From contig NC_091287.1 of assembly GCF_032444005.1 (NCBI RefSeq), positions 66,092,001 to 66,156,000 of the forward strand: DNA of 64,000 bases, given 5' to 3'. A program made the position numbers and the translations under genes. The stretch comes from Ranitomeya imitator. Its lineage: Eukaryota. The notes under the pieces were generated by a model. That model made no database searches and was not told where the DNA came from. It saw only the letters and a program-made list of their open reading frames with translations. Below are positions 50,401 to 60,405 of this stretch, in pieces. The first letter of the stretch is position 1. Every line of letters starts with the position of its first letter.

Positions 50401-53400
50401 TATTCTCGGGTCGGCTTATACTCGAGTATATACGGTATAGTGTCTTCCCTATTTCCTTATATATGGAAATGAGGATTTTGTGCCATGATCTGTAGTTTTA
50501 TGATTAACAGGCATAACAAAAAAAAGCCATTGCCTGAAAAGAGTCATCCATACATCACTGAAGATTAACTCTTATTGTGAGCGGCCAAAGCACAAAGAAA
50601 GCATCTTCTTATAAATCTATTATCTCTGCGGGTAAACATGGATCTCCCATCTCTTCATTCAGCCTTGGACAGCTATTAGTTACAAAAATGACCGGCGAAA
50701 GCAATCAATCATCCCCTCAGAGTAAGCACCTTAAAGATGTCTTTAGGAAGTCAATAATCTTTTAGCTTTAGATGACTTTATCAGATCTTGCTCAAAAGCC
50801 TGGATAATAGCTTTTGCATTAAACAGTACGAACAATCGCGAGTGGACCACAGAACACAAAGCTGTTTTCATCCATGAGGATACGATCCTCAAGGTCATGA
50901 TTCTCTCCTGCCATCCGGAATAACAAAGGACCGATACCTGACGACAAACAAGCTGTCAACAGAAAGTTTGTCACCATCTAGATAAAGAAACTGGCAGCCG
51001 CTGATAATAGGTCTAATTTTCATCTCTTCCACTGAGAGAATAGATTTCAAATTGTCCTCGAGCCTAAATCGCATGAAAACCCTTGATCAACCAAGATACA
51101 AGACGACTTACTTGGAATTCGTCCAGAGGTTCATTGATCTCAAGGTCTAGCACCTCATCTGCGGCTTCTTCTTCCTCATATTCCACCTGGTCATCAGCTA
51201 GCTCGGCATAGTTCTCTTCATAGGTCTCCACCTGATCCTCAGGGGCCGCTTCCAGCTCCTGGGCTTCCTCATACACTTCTTCAGTCGCTTCTTCCTCGTA
51301 TTCTGCTGCAGACTCCTCATTTATGCTTTTAGAAAGGTCAAAGGATGAGAGGTCGCCAGTGGTCGCATTAAGACTGACGGTGACTGCTGGGGTACTAGAA
51401 TAAAAACAGTGAATCTTATTTAGTGATATATCCAGTTGTTCAATAAGGAGGGCCATAGATTTAAGAAATTTAGGGGCATTTGTATCTTAAGAAGTTATGA
51501 CATATGGGAGAACGCACAGTTTAGATGAGCAGCAGGACAACCCCGCTGGATCAAATGGCGATTGTTCGTAAACACACCGCCTTCTCCCCGGCAAGTAAGG
51601 AAGCCGGAAGAGCAAGGAGTTACCGATAAAAATACGCAAAACCATTTTACTGATCGCTGGGTGTCTAATCACCACATATCCTATAAATGTTAAGTATGCA
51701 GAGAGGAGATCCTAGTCTGCACTGTAGTACAGCTCCGCTCAAGTGTATGGGGCAAGCTAGCGTTCCCCGCACATCCGATGGCTGGGAGCGAGGTCACGGA
51801 CGAAAACAGAGAAAGGAACCTAGTGTTAAAGCAGCGCCGAGACCCATTTTTAGGATTGGTAGGGGTCCCAGAGGTCAGACCCTCTGTGACCATTAAATGA
51901 CGGCGCATTTTAGTAATATGTCGTCAAGATTAAACAAATCTGATTTTTTTTTTCCTTCAAATTGGCTAAGGAAAAATAAAAAAGTTATAATCACCACAGA
52001 TTTTTGACTTGTAATCCTAATTTATGCACTATGGACATAATGGAGGTGGGATGACCCAGTTTCCTCTGTGCAGCTCAGAAGCTTTATGTGCTCCCACATA
52101 GACCCCACTTTGTAAGACATCATTCATCACCCTACCCAATCATGGAGGGGAGCTGTGCAGCCAAATAGTCCTTTACATAGTCTTCTCTACCCCGTCTGCT
52201 GTCATCTATGTGAAGACCCAGGACAACACGCAGGAGCCTGGTGAGACCAGTATCTCACTGAATATTAAGCATGCAGACTGACACTTTACAGTGCATAGAA
52301 ATCAGACGAGGGCAAACAGATTAAAAAAATATAAATCAGATTGCACTGACTAATGTTATTCAAGGATTCTGTGCTGTTCTGCGATTTTTTTTCTTATTTC
52401 AATCTGGAGTCGCCGCGTATATCAGATGAGTCCCCAAATGAATGGTTGCAAAAAAAAAAAACAGTGCGCGACACATTTCAAGTACAGTTAATTCACAGCC
52501 CGAACTGTTAGGATAGATAGGAATATGTCAGTGAGATATATAATCAGTGCAGGTGTAGTTTTCGGCACATGCATTTAGTATATATATATATATACTTTTT
52601 TTTTTTTTTTAAATGGCGTGGGTTCCCCTTTACTTTAATAACCAGCTAAGGAAAAGCAGACAACAGCTGCGAGCTGGTCTTAATAGTCTGGGAAGGGGTC
52701 AATAACCATGGACCTTCCCAGTCTGTTAACATCAGCTCACAGTGGTCTGCTTAGCCATTAGTGGCTTTTAAAAAGGAGGTACCCAAAAAATAATGATGTG
52801 CAAAGCAGCAAAAACTAAGCAGACAGCTGCAGGCTAATATTAATAGGCTGGGAAAATCCATGGTTAATGTCCCCTTCCAGTCTAATAACACCAGCCTGCA
52901 GCCGCCCCAGAAATTACGCATCCATTAGATTCACCAATTCTGGAGTAATCAGTATCTCTCTCCTGCCTATCCGTCGGCCTGATACACAAAATAATATCTA
53001 GTAATCAACGGTTAGGGCCGATGGGCTAATGTGTGTAAGGGCGACAGCCGATGAAAGTCGAGATTAGATCGCGCATGTCCGATTTCACACTGCTGATTGC
53101 ATGCTCTTGGTGTTAAGCCGCCAATATTCAGTCAGCAGCTTTCACAAAGAACAGAGGAGCGCACGACTGAGCGAGCGTTACTGTGTATGGGAGAGTCAAC
53201 GAAGATGGCTATTGGTCAAACTATCATCAGAGAGCCATCTAGGTGTATGGCAAGCTTTAGACCAGGGGTCTCAAACTGCATTCCTCGAGGGCTGCAAACC
53301 ATACATGTTTTCAAGATTGTGTGTGTAGGTGATTAAATTATCACCTGTGCAGTACAAGGAAATCCTGAAAACATGACCTGTTTGAAGCCTTTGAGGAAAG

Positions 53401-56400
53401 CACTTTGAGACCTCTGCTTTAGACGGTGCCAGGCCACTGCCTATTTAAAGTGATTAGATACCCCCTTTTGTACAAGGACAGGGTAAAAGCAGCGACGAAA
53501 ACATGAACAATAATTTCAAGTTTGAAAACTTCACGTTTATGGCTTGTTTTGAGTTTAAGGCTACGTGCACACGTTGTGGATTGGGGTGCAGAATTTTCCG
53601 CACAAAATCAGCATCTCCTGGCAGAAACCGCAGGCGCAGATTTGCTGCAAATTTTGTGCGGTTTTGATGCGGATTTTCTGCGGTTTTTACCACTGCGGAT
53701 TTCTATAATGGAAGGGGTCAGAAACTCTGCAGATCCGCACAAAAGAAGTGGCATGCACTTCTTTTCAATCGGCAGCGGATTCAGTGCGGATTCTTCCACA
53801 CGATTAGCACAGCTTTTTTTTTTTCCCCCTGGTGATCTACATTGTACTGTAAATCACTGTGCGGAACTGCAGCGTTTCTGCGCGGAAAAATCCGCTGCAG
53901 ATCCGCACAAATTCCGCATCGTGTGCACATAGCCTTAGGCAGCAATGGCATTCGGATCATCACACATTGAGGCATCCTTAGAATATGAATACCCAATTTT
54001 TGCCAGTAAAAAGAAAAAAAAAATAGTTTACCTTTACACAGAAACAGAGAAACACAAGACAAAGAGGGAAAATATAGAGAATAAATGTACAGTTTCTACC
54101 TGTATTCGGTGATTTCCAGCTCCTCTTCATCACTTTGGAGAAGATCATCATTAAGTTCTTCATCTGACAGATCTAGAGAAGTCTGATGACCAAATAGATT
54201 GAGTGAGTCACAAATTCAGAAAGCAAATATATAGGCATTAAAAAAGGCAAAAATAGTTTACCTTCCTCCCAGGTAAGAAGTCCTCCTCAAGCAGATCATC
54301 TTCTAGTTCACTGAAAAGAACATAAAAAAAAGACCTGAAAATTAAGCCATAAAACTACAACATAACAGACATGATATGGAAGAATAGATTAGAATCACCA
54401 ATCAAAGCTTGACACCAAGGAAAGACGGCCAAATCTGTCATGTGTATGAGATTGATAGATACAATGTGTCTTAAGAAGCAAGGGTCCTTTACCATGAAGG
54501 TATCCGTTAAAAAAATAAATAACTTCTTAGTAATCTATATTTTTTCTTCCATGAGTGGAAGGTTGTTTGACAACAGAAGCAGTTACAACTGGCTGGTGTT
54601 TCTGATTTTTAACACTCTGATGACTTTGCCGTGTAGACAGGAACAGAGTCAGCAAAGACTTTTTTTTTTTTTTTTTTTTAAGTCTTTAAGTAGAGGACTG
54701 CTCCTTTAATAGTTTGATTGATCCATAAACAGCAGTTTTAAAGTCGAACTCATGTGTCTAGAATCATAGAATGTCAGAGTTGGAAGGGACCTCCAGGGTC
54801 ATCGTGTCCATCCCCTGCTCAATGCAGGATTCCATCTCAGACAGACGTCTGTCCAGCCTCTGTTTGAAGACTTCCATTGAAGGAGAACTCACCACCTCTT
54901 GTGGCGGCCTGTCTAGTCCGTAAGCATGTCTTCTCTCGCTCTCCATTAAGACCACCCATGTCTATAGACCTATCATTCTGTTTTTGAGAATCTTCAACAT
55001 TTACTTTAATGCCTTAACCCCTTCCGGACATGCGCCATACAAATACAGCTCTGTGGGAGGTGAAGTATATGTACGGTGCCACCATTTCCAGTCACCACGC
55101 GGTGACCGGGTTAAGATGGCTGCTGTCCCTGACAGCAGATCATCCCTGCAAGTCGCCACACGGGTATTAACCGCCCCCACATCGGCAATTGCTGCAAATG
55201 GCTGGTCAATTCTGACCAGCAAATCACTGCAATACGTCAATAAAGTTAAGAAAAAAAAAACTTCATGTGACATGCTGTGAGACACAGCACCAATCACAGA
55301 CGTCAGAATGGGTGGGGTGATCCGTGACGCTACTTCACAGCGATCACCGCCCTTCACGCCATCCTTGTCTTAGATTTGGCGTGCAGAGCGGTTGTATAGC
55401 CCCTCTGTGTACCAGATTCAAAGATTCATTGGTGGCCAGTGTGATCCCCCCTGGGTCCTGCTCTGCCGAGATCCTCCTGTGATCTGCCTGCTGTGCGACT
55501 CATCAGTGATCGCAGAGGCAACTCTTCCATCACTGTCCCAGTCCCTCCCCAATTGAATTTTTAGTGCACTTTTTTGTGCTTTTTTTGGTGTGGGGCGTCC
55601 TGCGCAGAGCATTTGTGCTCTTCCTGTGCCTGCAGTGCTCTGATCAGTATCGCTGTTGATCAGAGACTGTGTCACAAGACTTTTTTTTTTAGTGAGCGTA
55701 GCGGACGTCGCAGTGTAAGCGACGTCTGATTTATTTAAAAAAAATTTTTTTTAGAAAAAAATAATAGTTAGTACAGCGTAGTTTTAGAAGTAGCGTAGCC
55801 GGCGTCACAGTGTTAGTAACGACCATTCTTGAGTTAGAAAAAAAAAACGTACAGAGTAGTTTTATAGGTAGAGAGGTAGCGTGTTAGTAAAGCCGGTGTT
55901 CGTGACGGACGATCTTGTTTTAGAGAAAAAAAAACAAAAACGTATAGAGTAGTTTTATAGGTAGGGAGGCAGCGTTTTTTTTTTTGTATAAAAAATACTG
56001 CTATCGCTGGGTTATTTCTTCTAGTGCATTGGAGGGGCGTATTGTCACATTTTTGGCGACGTTCGTTTTTCTTTAGTAAAAAAAAAAAATTGTATCTTGG
56101 ATTGCAATCGGTACATGGGGGTGCAGATCTTTCAGATCAAGTCCTCAAACCATACAGTACTATGCACAAAGCCAAAGCATGGTACAAGAAATTGGCCGTG
56201 CCCATTCTACAGATGGCACCGTACAGTCCTTTCGTGCTGGTCGGATCTGCAGACAATACGGGGACCTTCCTTCAGTCTCAGGAGGAAGACATCAAGGCCC
56301 TAATGTTTGGCACTCAGGGAGGTGAGAGTACCAGAAATTCTGAAACAGATAGCGCCCGTATTGTCCCAGGTCAACATTTCCCAGGAGATATTCCCCAAAC

Positions 56401-58841
56401 AGTAATGATCACAAAAATGTTGCAGAGAGTGCTCCATGAGGGGAATCGGAAAGGACACAAGTTACCATTGTGAATCCTGCCCTGAGAAACCTGGCCTTTG
56501 CATTAAGGATTGACTCAAAGCATACCACTTGTCCACAAATTAATAAAATTTGTTTTTACCCGGTGGATACAACACACTTTTATAATCTGATGTACTCCGC
56601 ACAGCTTACACATACCGCCACATTACAAATTCATACACCAGTAAAGCCAAAAGCAATATAATAATTACTATAGAACAATGCCTCTAGATAAATTCCTTCA
56701 GGGGTTTAGTTTCCAAAATGGGGTCACTTGTGGGACATTTCCATTGTTTAGGCACATTTGCGTTTAATCCCTTTCTGACCTCGGACGGGATAGTACGTCC
56801 GAGGTCAGATCCCCTGCTTTGATGTTGGCTCCGGCGGTGAGCCCACATCAAAGCCAGGACATGTCAGCTGTTTTGAACATCTGACATGTGCGCGCAATAG
56901 CGGCGAGTGGAATCACGATCAACCTGCCGCTATTAACTAGTTAAATGCCGCTGTCAAACGCTGACAGCGGCATTTAACTACCGCTTCCGGCCGCGTGGCC
57001 GGATATGCGCTCATCGCCGACCCCGTCACACGATCGGGGGTCAGCGATGCGTCGGCATAGTAACCAAAGGTCTCCTTGAGACCTCTATGGTTGCCGATTC
57101 CGGCCTGCTGTGAGCGCCACCCTGTGGTCGGCGCTCATAGCAAGCCTGTAATTACGCTACATAGGAGCGATCGGCTCTGCTACATAGCAGCGATCATCAG
57201 ATCAGGCTATGCCAGCTTCTAGCCCCCCATGGAGGCTATTGAAGCATGGCAAAAGTTAAAAAAAAATGTTTAAAAAAATATGAAATAAATAAAAAAATAT
57301 AAAAGTTTAAAATCACCCCCCTTTCACCCCATTCAAAATAAAACAATAAAACTCAAATCAAATATACACATATTTGGTATCGCCGCATTCAGAATCGCCC
57401 GATGTATCAACAAAAAAAAGGATTAACCTGATCGCTAAATGGCGTAGCGAGAAAAAAAAAATCGAAACGCCAAAATTACTTTTTTTTGGTCGCCGCGACA
57501 TTGCATTAAATGCAATAACGGGCGATCAAAAGAACGTATCTGCACCATAATGGTATCACTAAAAAGGTCAGCTCAGCACGCAAAAAATAAGCCCTCACCC
57601 GACCACAGATCACGAAAAATGGAGACGCTACGGGTATCGGAATATGGCGCAATTTTTTTTTTTAGCAAAGTTTGGAATTTTTTTTCACCACTTAGATAAA
57701 AAATAACCTAGACATGTTTGGGGTCTATGAACTCGTAATGACCTGGAGAATCATAATGTCAGGTCAGTTTTAGCAGCTAGCAAAAAAGCAAAACAAAGAA
57801 CATGCATGGGATTGCACTTTTTTTTTTGCAATTTCACCGCACTTGGAATTTTTCTTCCCATTTTCTAGTACTCGTCATGGTAAAACCAATGATGTCGTTC
57901 AAAAGTACAACTTGTCCCCCAAAAAATAAGCCCTCACATGGCCATATTGACGGAAAAATAAAAAAAAGTTATGGCTCTGGGAAGGAGGTGAGCGAAAAAC
58001 GAACACGGAAAATCCCAAGGTCATGAGGGGGTTAAAAATAATGTCCCTGTGCTGAGATAATCTTATACATGTGCCCCTGCTGTGTACTGTGTAATGGCTG
58101 TGTCTGACCGTACAGGAACATGGTCTGATCATATCACATCCCCTGGGCAGGGGAGTAAGGAAAAGAGTGTACAGACAGGACAGCATGGGATTGCAGCAGA
58201 TTCTTTTTGTGAGGTAAAATATTTCCCTGCCTGATTTTAAACAATGGTTTATCTCATAAAGAAAAAAAATCAGCTGTGATCCCATGCTGTCCTGCCTGTA
58301 TAGTCTTTTGCTTCCTCCCCTGCCCAGGAGCTGTGGTATGATCAGACCATGTTTCTGCACGGGGAGACACAGCCATTACACAGTACACAACAGGGGCACA
58401 TGTATAAGATTATCTCAGCACAGGAACATTATTTTTTAAAACACATTCAATTGTGGAAATTATTATTTTTCCAAAATCTGTTGATTAAATGAACTTTTGG
58501 TTGTGGGAAAACCCATTTAAGCAACAAGTAAGTCATAATAATGAAAAATATGACATCTCTATTTGCCTACACAATTACACAAGAAAAGTCCCTTGAATTC
58601 CGTCTCCATGGTGGAATGCATTTCTGCTAGATTAGTCAAATCCTTCCTTACTTGCCGACACGGAGAGCTCATGTAACATCTTCATTATATAACCTATATT
58701 TTGCCTGCCAAACAGAATGCCATCATTGTATGATGGTTCATAACAGGGAGGAACATAAGTACCTGTCCCAGTCGTCATCCTTAGTTCTTCGTCTCCGAGA
58801 CCTTTCTGCGCCAGGCTTATCAAACTGATCAAAGTCATCGT
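4807..58841 (-). CDS. RBM33: RBM33 (RNA-binding protein 33), internal 14 coding exons; gene incomplete at both ends in this window
   Basis: Spliced exons 58763-58841, 54262-54310, 54100-54182, 51112-51394, 46123-46251, 45843-46017, 35275-35456, 31457-31664, 29402-29460, 17672-17813, 14627-15318, 10580-10750, 10244-10495, 4807-5439. All have AG/GT boundaries with matching phases (total 3137 nt = 2 + 1045 codons). Peptides [77 protein letters not shown] and [48 protein letters not shown] match my recollection of vertebrate RBM33. Confidence 0.96.
7442..7729. mobile_element. Harbinger-like MITE (GGCTRTGTGCACAC ends); relatives at 11615-11981 and 53559-53934
   Basis: TTA TSD on both sides here; internal TGCGTTTT/AAAACGCA micro-repeats in inverted arrangement. 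Confidence 0.75.
7947..8531. mobile_element. Palindromic MITE (GGCTGGTTTCACATTTGCG ends) with an internal telomere-like array
   Basis: Perfect TIR; centre 8134-8272 is (GGGTTAGGATCCCTTAGGGTTAGGGGTA)n; a similar element is truncated at 1-516. Confidence 0.75.
9146..9654. mobile_element. Fold-back MITE family A (NGGTACC ends), copy 1
   Basis: AGGTACC...GGTACCT ends; internal hairpin GGTAACCAGGGTAAACATCGGGTTACTAAGCGC-AGGGCC-GCGCTTAGTAACCCGATGTTTACCCTGGTTACC; TWA-like 3-bp flanks suggest PIF/Harbinger mobilisation (inference). Confidence 0.8.
10244..10495 (-). CDS. RBM33: RBM33 exon, 252 nt
   Basis: ctttcacag|AATACA...GAGCAG|gttagt; NTPGQNMTK...[14 protein letters not shown]...KQEPKIEEQ. Confidence 0.93.
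10580..10750 (-). CDS. RBM33: RBM33 exon, 171 nt
   Basis: tgtatag|GTCCAA...AGACAG|gtaata; [35 protein letters not shown]...PLKPRQ. Confidence 0.88.
12000..12635. mobile_element. TTAA-targeting fold-back MITE (AGGGAACCTGTCA ends; T2/Kolobok-like)
   Basis: TTAA at 11996-99 and 12636-39; the element is an almost perfect 636-bp palindrome. Confidence 0.88.
13140..13760 (+). mobile_element. Old Tc1 transposase remnant
   Basis: Broken frames resembling [40 protein letters not shown]. Confidence 0.75.
14627..15318 (-). CDS. RBM33: RBM33 exon, 692 nt, Pro/Gly/Gln/Asn/Phe low-complexity repeat
   Basis: ccccacag|AGCCAC...CCCCAG|gtttgt; (E)PRFPNHHLF...RERPVR...[19 protein letters not shown]. Confidence 0.92.
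15521..15568 (+). ncRNA. Minimal type-I hammerhead ribozyme motif (Penelope-like context)
   Basis: Stem I GTACTGACCC/GGGACTGTAC; core CTGACGA (15531-37); extra A; stem II GC-cgac-GC; GAAA (15547-50); palindromic stem III AACGCGCGTT; GUU cleavage triplet. Confidence 0.75.
16225..16381 (+). mobile_element. Possible Helitron-like 3' end with a 21-bp subterminal repeat
   Basis: (TATATACTACGTGGGCTGTGC)n followed by ATTCTAGAATACCCG...TTAGAAT...CCATCTAG-T (CTAG end). Confidence 0.5.
16652..16797 (+). mobile_element. L2-like LINE 3' end
   Basis: TGTGAGCC...GGGCAGGGTCCTCTCT...GTAAAGCGCCATGG-ATAAATGGCGCTATAAC(AAT)n tail; a related tail is at 59637-59693. Confidence 0.6.
17366..17552. mobile_element. 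hAT-type palindromic MITE, 187 bp
   Basis: TIR CAGTGTTCCCC(C)AA / TTGGGGAACACTG; perfect 8-bp TSD CTTTAGAT (17358-65, 17553-60). Confidence 0.88.
17672..17813 (-). CDS. RBM33: RBM33 exon, 142 nt
   Basis: tcaaaag|GGCATG...ATTGGAG|gtcaac; [47 protein letters not shown]. Confidence 0.9.
20240..20285 (-). ncRNA. Minimal type-I hammerhead ribozyme motif on the RBM33 transcript strand
   Basis: Minus strand TTGTC-CTGAGGA-A-GGAGTC-ggtg-GACTCT-GAAA-C-ac-GTT-GACAA: stem I 5-6 bp, stem II 6 bp, GUU triplet. Confidence 0.75.
21253..22548. mobile_element. Tigger-like MITE carrying a nested fold-back MITE (21273-22027)
   Basis: TA-CTGTATTTTCTGGCGTATAA...TTATACGCCGGAAAATACGG-TA; the left TIR is split by the nested insertion. 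Confidence 0.8.
21273..22027. mobile_element. Fold-back MITE family A, copy 2
   Basis: GGGTACC...GGTACCC; flanks TAA/TCA; same internal hairpins as copy 1. Confidence 0.8.
23338..24042. mobile_element. Fold-back MITE family A, copy 3
   Basis: Same termini and two internal hairpins. Confidence 0.8.
24488..28478. repeat. 38-bp minisatellite, ~105 units
   Basis: Consensus GCTCTGACATCC(G/A)GCACCCCACCACTAACCTGTGT(G/A)CA, contiguous units with no spacers. Confidence 0.97.
29402..29460 (-). CDS. RBM33: RBM33 exon, 59 nt
   Basis: ccaccacag|TTCCCC...TTTCCT|gtgagt; (V)[19 protein letters not shown]; its phase 1/0 bridges the flanking exons. Confidence 0.92.
29645..30218. repeat. 24-bp GC-rich minisatellite (~24 units) preceded by an A-run
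   Basis: Unit GGAG(G/C)AGGCAGCGAC(G/T)GCAGGCAC; A-run 29627-29644. Confidence 0.95.
31457..31664 (-). CDS. RBM33: RBM33 exon, 208 nt (or 205 nt through the tandem CAGCAG acceptor)
   Basis: cttcccccag|CAGCCG...CCAAG|gtacgg; [18 protein letters not shown]...[23 protein letters not shown]. Confidence 0.92.
31967..32441. mobile_element. TTAA-targeting MITE, same terminal family
   Basis: TTAA-AGGGAACCTGTCAC...GTGACAGGTTCCCT-TTAA; internal inverted repeats. Confidence 0.85.
34160..35003 (+). mobile_element. 5'-truncated, internally deleted CR1 LINE (RT remnant)
   Basis: [56 protein letters not shown] motifs in broken frames; CCTTCCAAC...ATTCTATGATT 3' tail. Confidence 0.92.
35275..35456 (-). CDS. 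RBM33: RBM33 exon, 182 nt
   Basis: ttacag|AACTCT...CAAGGG|gtaact; (E)[34 protein letters not shown]...RDRHNQG. Confidence 0.92.
35950..36541. repeat. Adjacent 31-bp and 28-bp minisatellites with a shared core
   Basis: ATGCTCCATACAGAATAATGGGCCCCATATA (35950-36245) grades into ATTGCGCCATACAGTATGGGGCCCATAT (36300-36541). Confidence 0.93.
38681..38960 (-). mobile_element. tRNA-derived SINE of V-SINE type
   Basis: Minus strand starts GGGCAGCACGGTGGCGCAGTGG (A box) and has GGTTCAAACCC (B box), a central GTTTGTATGTTCTCTCCGTGTTTGCGTGGGTTTCCTCCGGGTACTCCG V-domain-like core, and a 3' TGTAAAGCGCTGCGGAATATGTTAGCGCTATATAAAAAATAAAGATTATT tail. Confidence 0.85.
39522..41128 (-). mobile_element. Full-length Tc1/mariner (DD34E, IR/DR type) DNA transposon, 1607 bp
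   Basis: TA at 39520-21 and 41129-30. ~207-bp terminal inverted repeats starting CAGTGGGGCAAAAAAGTATTTAGTCAG, about 4 differences between arms, each with an inner copy of the AAAATAAGTATTTGGTC motif. Transposase ORF inside. Confidence 0.97.
39738..40757 (-). CDS. Tc1-family transposase ORF, 339 codons without stops; in-frame ATA-GTG where ATG is expected
   Basis: GAPRK linker, WSDETK (D1), FQHDNDPKH (D2), [11 protein letters not shown] (E) with 34 residues between D2 and E. Confidence 0.93.
   Translation of the reverse strand: MKTKELSKDTRNKIVALHQAGKTESAIANQLGVKKSTVGAIIRKWKTYKTTDNLPRSGAPRKIPPRGVRMITRTVSKNPRTTRGDLVNELQRAGTNVTRPTISNTLRHHGLRSCSARRVPLLKPVHVQAHLKFAREHLDDPEEFWENVLWSDETKLELFGRNTTCRVWRKKNTELHPSNTIPTVKHGGGNIMLWGCFSAKGPGRLIRVHERMNGAMYREILSANLLPSARALKMKRGWVFQHDNDPKHTARATKEWLRKKRFKVLEWPSQSPDLSPIENLWRELKVRVAKRKAKNITALEEICMEEWANIPTTVCGNLVKTYRKRLTSVIANKGYITKY
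42370..42675. mobile_element. hAT-type MITE (CAGGG...CCCTG, GGAGTCGG family) inserted in DIRS
   Basis: Perfect 8-bp target duplication CTTTTAGC at 42362-69 and 42676-83; related fragments at ~47369-47430 and 59224-59322. Confidence 0.8.
45843..46017 (-). CDS. RBM33: RBM33 exon, 175 nt
   Basis: ttag|ATGCTC...ACTTTAG|gtaact; ...[37 protein letters not shown]. Confidence 0.95.
46123..46251 (-). CDS. RBM33: RBM33 exon, 129 nt, phase 0/0 (candidate cassette exon)
   Basis: tttttaag|GATGAA...GAAGAG|gtatct; open frame [43 protein letters not shown]; a 105-nt intron separates it from the next exon. Confidence 0.8.
46328..47790 (-). mobile_element. Old Tc1 remnant, deleted, with an hAT MITE fragment inside
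   Basis: TA-CAGTCATGGCCAAAAGTGTTGGCAC terminus. ORF 47179-47436 ([13 protein letters not shown]...[15 protein letters not shown]) resembles the Tc1 paired domain. Partial opposite TIR near 47730-47790. Confidence 0.7.
49350..50435. mobile_element. Tc1/pogo(Tigger)-like MITE, 1086 bp
   Basis: TA TSD; TIR CCGTATATACTCGAGTATAAGCCGA perfect at both ends; internal palindromes and a short ATGGGGC/ATGGAGCAT minisatellite (50020-50220). Confidence 0.85.
51112..51394 (-). CDS. RBM33: RBM33 exon, 283 nt, acidic region
   Basis: ttctag|TACCCC...TTCCAA|gtaagt; [10 protein letters not shown]...[16 protein letters not shown] (within ORF 51064..51456). Confidence 0.95.
53263..53416. mobile_element. hAT-type MITE, 154 bp
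   Basis: TIR CAGGGGTCTCAAA / TTTGAGACCTCTG; perfect 8-bp TSD CTTTAGAC (53255-62, 53417-24). Confidence 0.88.
54100..54182 (-). CDS. RBM33: RBM33 exon, 83 nt
   Basis: catcag|ACTTCT...TACAG|gtagaa; [27 protein letters not shown](S). Confidence 0.92.
54262..54310 (-). CDS. RBM33: RBM33 exon, 49 nt
   Basis: ttttcag|TGAACTAG...AGGAAG|gtaaac; (S)[16 protein letters not shown]. Confidence 0.93.
54768..54912 (-). mobile_element. CR1 LINE 3' end fragment
   Basis: Minus strand [20 protein letters not shown] followed by GGTCCCTTCCAACTCTGACATTCTATGATTCTA, typical of the CR1 terminus. Confidence 0.85.
55014..56762 (+). mobile_element. piggyBac-like transposon remnant with transposase C-terminus
   Basis: Begins TTAACCCC. 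Frameshifted [27 protein letters not shown], and the Cys-rich tail [37 protein letters not shown] (56415-56528). Confidence 0.8.
56764..58035. mobile_element. Non-autonomous piggyBac-like element
   Basis: TTAA-TCCCTTTCTGACC ... GGTCATGAGGGGG-TTAA termini; internal palindromes; no ORF. Confidence 0.7.
58036..58520. mobile_element. Palindromic MITE, left end truncated by the piggyBac-like element
   Basis: 58036-58120 and 58340-58440 are near-perfect inverted copies. Confidence 0.7.
58763..58841 (-). CDS. RBM33: RBM33 exon (probable exon 2), 79 nt
   Basis: tttgcag|ACGATGAC...GGGACAG|gtactt; encodes (D)[25 protein letters not shown](S). Confidence 0.95.
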
Positions 58842-60405
58842 CTGCAAAGAGAAAAATCTTGTTAAGACGACTATTAAGCGCATCATTCAGAAACACTTAG
58901 AGAACGTTACAAATGCATGAAATATTAACGGAAGATGCCGTCGGCTTTACACTACACAGCACATAACAGGAATAGGACCAGGCAAGCCAAATACACTGCT
59001 AGATATGAACTATTTTCAGTTTGGTCACTATATACCCCATCTACCTGGTGTATTAGGTGCTATTAGCCATACATGTAGCTATTCTGCTTTACACGCCGAA
59101 GGTGGGCTGCTAGAACGATGTTTGGGCTAGTTAAAACAAATCTGTCGCCAGGTTTCCCAATACATACCCTCTACATTATTTAAAACATTTTAGACTTGAT
59201 GGGGATGATGTAATTACTGCTAAACAGGGCTGTGGAGTCGGAGAGTCAGAGTCCATTTTGGTGGAGTCGGGAGTCATGGAAATTAAGGAGTCGGAGATTT
59301 GGCTTACCAACTCCACAGCCCTCACTTGCTATGAGCGCCCACCACCGGGCAGCACTCATAGCAATCTGGCAGTAACAACCATAGAGGACTGCAGGAGACC
59401 TCTGGTTGTCATGCCAACCCATTGGTGACCCGCAATTACGTGACGGGGGTCACCAATGGATGGATTTCCAGCGCGATTGCCTGAAGCGCTTGTTAAATGG
59501 GTTAATAGACGCGGGTGGATCGCGATTCCACCTGCAAATGTCCTGGGCGCATGTCAGCTGTTCAAAACAGCCCGATGTCGGAAAGGGGTTGAACATATTA
59601 GCTGAGGCAGTTGAACACATTTTTATTTGTTGCTTAAACTGTAAAGCGCTGCGGAATATGTTGGCGCTATATAAATAAAGATTATTATTATTTGTTGGGT
59701 GAAACAAAGTTGATTATATAGTCATTCATTGAGTATTAGGTGCTTCGCGGTGCTTCTCTGTTATACAAAACTCCAAAAAAAGTGTTGAAACATTTTTCTG
59801 GATTCAGTTACTCATCCACAGAGAATTACAAGAGATATTAAAAGATACAGATATTAGATTTGTCACAAGGAGAGCCCCAACCCTACGTTCTATATCGTCT
59901 GCAAGCCTTTTCAGTCAGTCAAACACACAAGTCCGGAACTTGGCTGACATTAAAACATGGATTTTTCAAATGTGGTAACTGTATATGATTGTTTTGCAAG
60001 TATGTACATAAATCCAAGACATTTCTTTCTTCAGCAACGGCAAAGTGTAACATATAGTTTCTTGATGCTCTTGAATGCTTCATCAAGCATTTTCTACTTG
60101 CACATGAATATATATGTATATACATAAGCATACACTTTTTTTCATTTTTTATCATTTTTATTTTTTTTTTTGTTTCTAACGCTTTTGTCTTTTTCTTATG
60201 CTTATAGATACCCTCTTTTGTTTGAGCTACAGAAGATACAATTTACTTCTACTTTTTACCTTTCTTTTTTCTTTTATATGTGTATTTTGTCTATTTTTAA
60301 GCCTTTGTTCACACAACTATGATGCTTTACAAATTGCATGCTGTTACGTGATGTGGGCAATGGGTTAATCTCTCTTCAGGTGTTTGCACTCTATTTATCA
60401 ACTTA

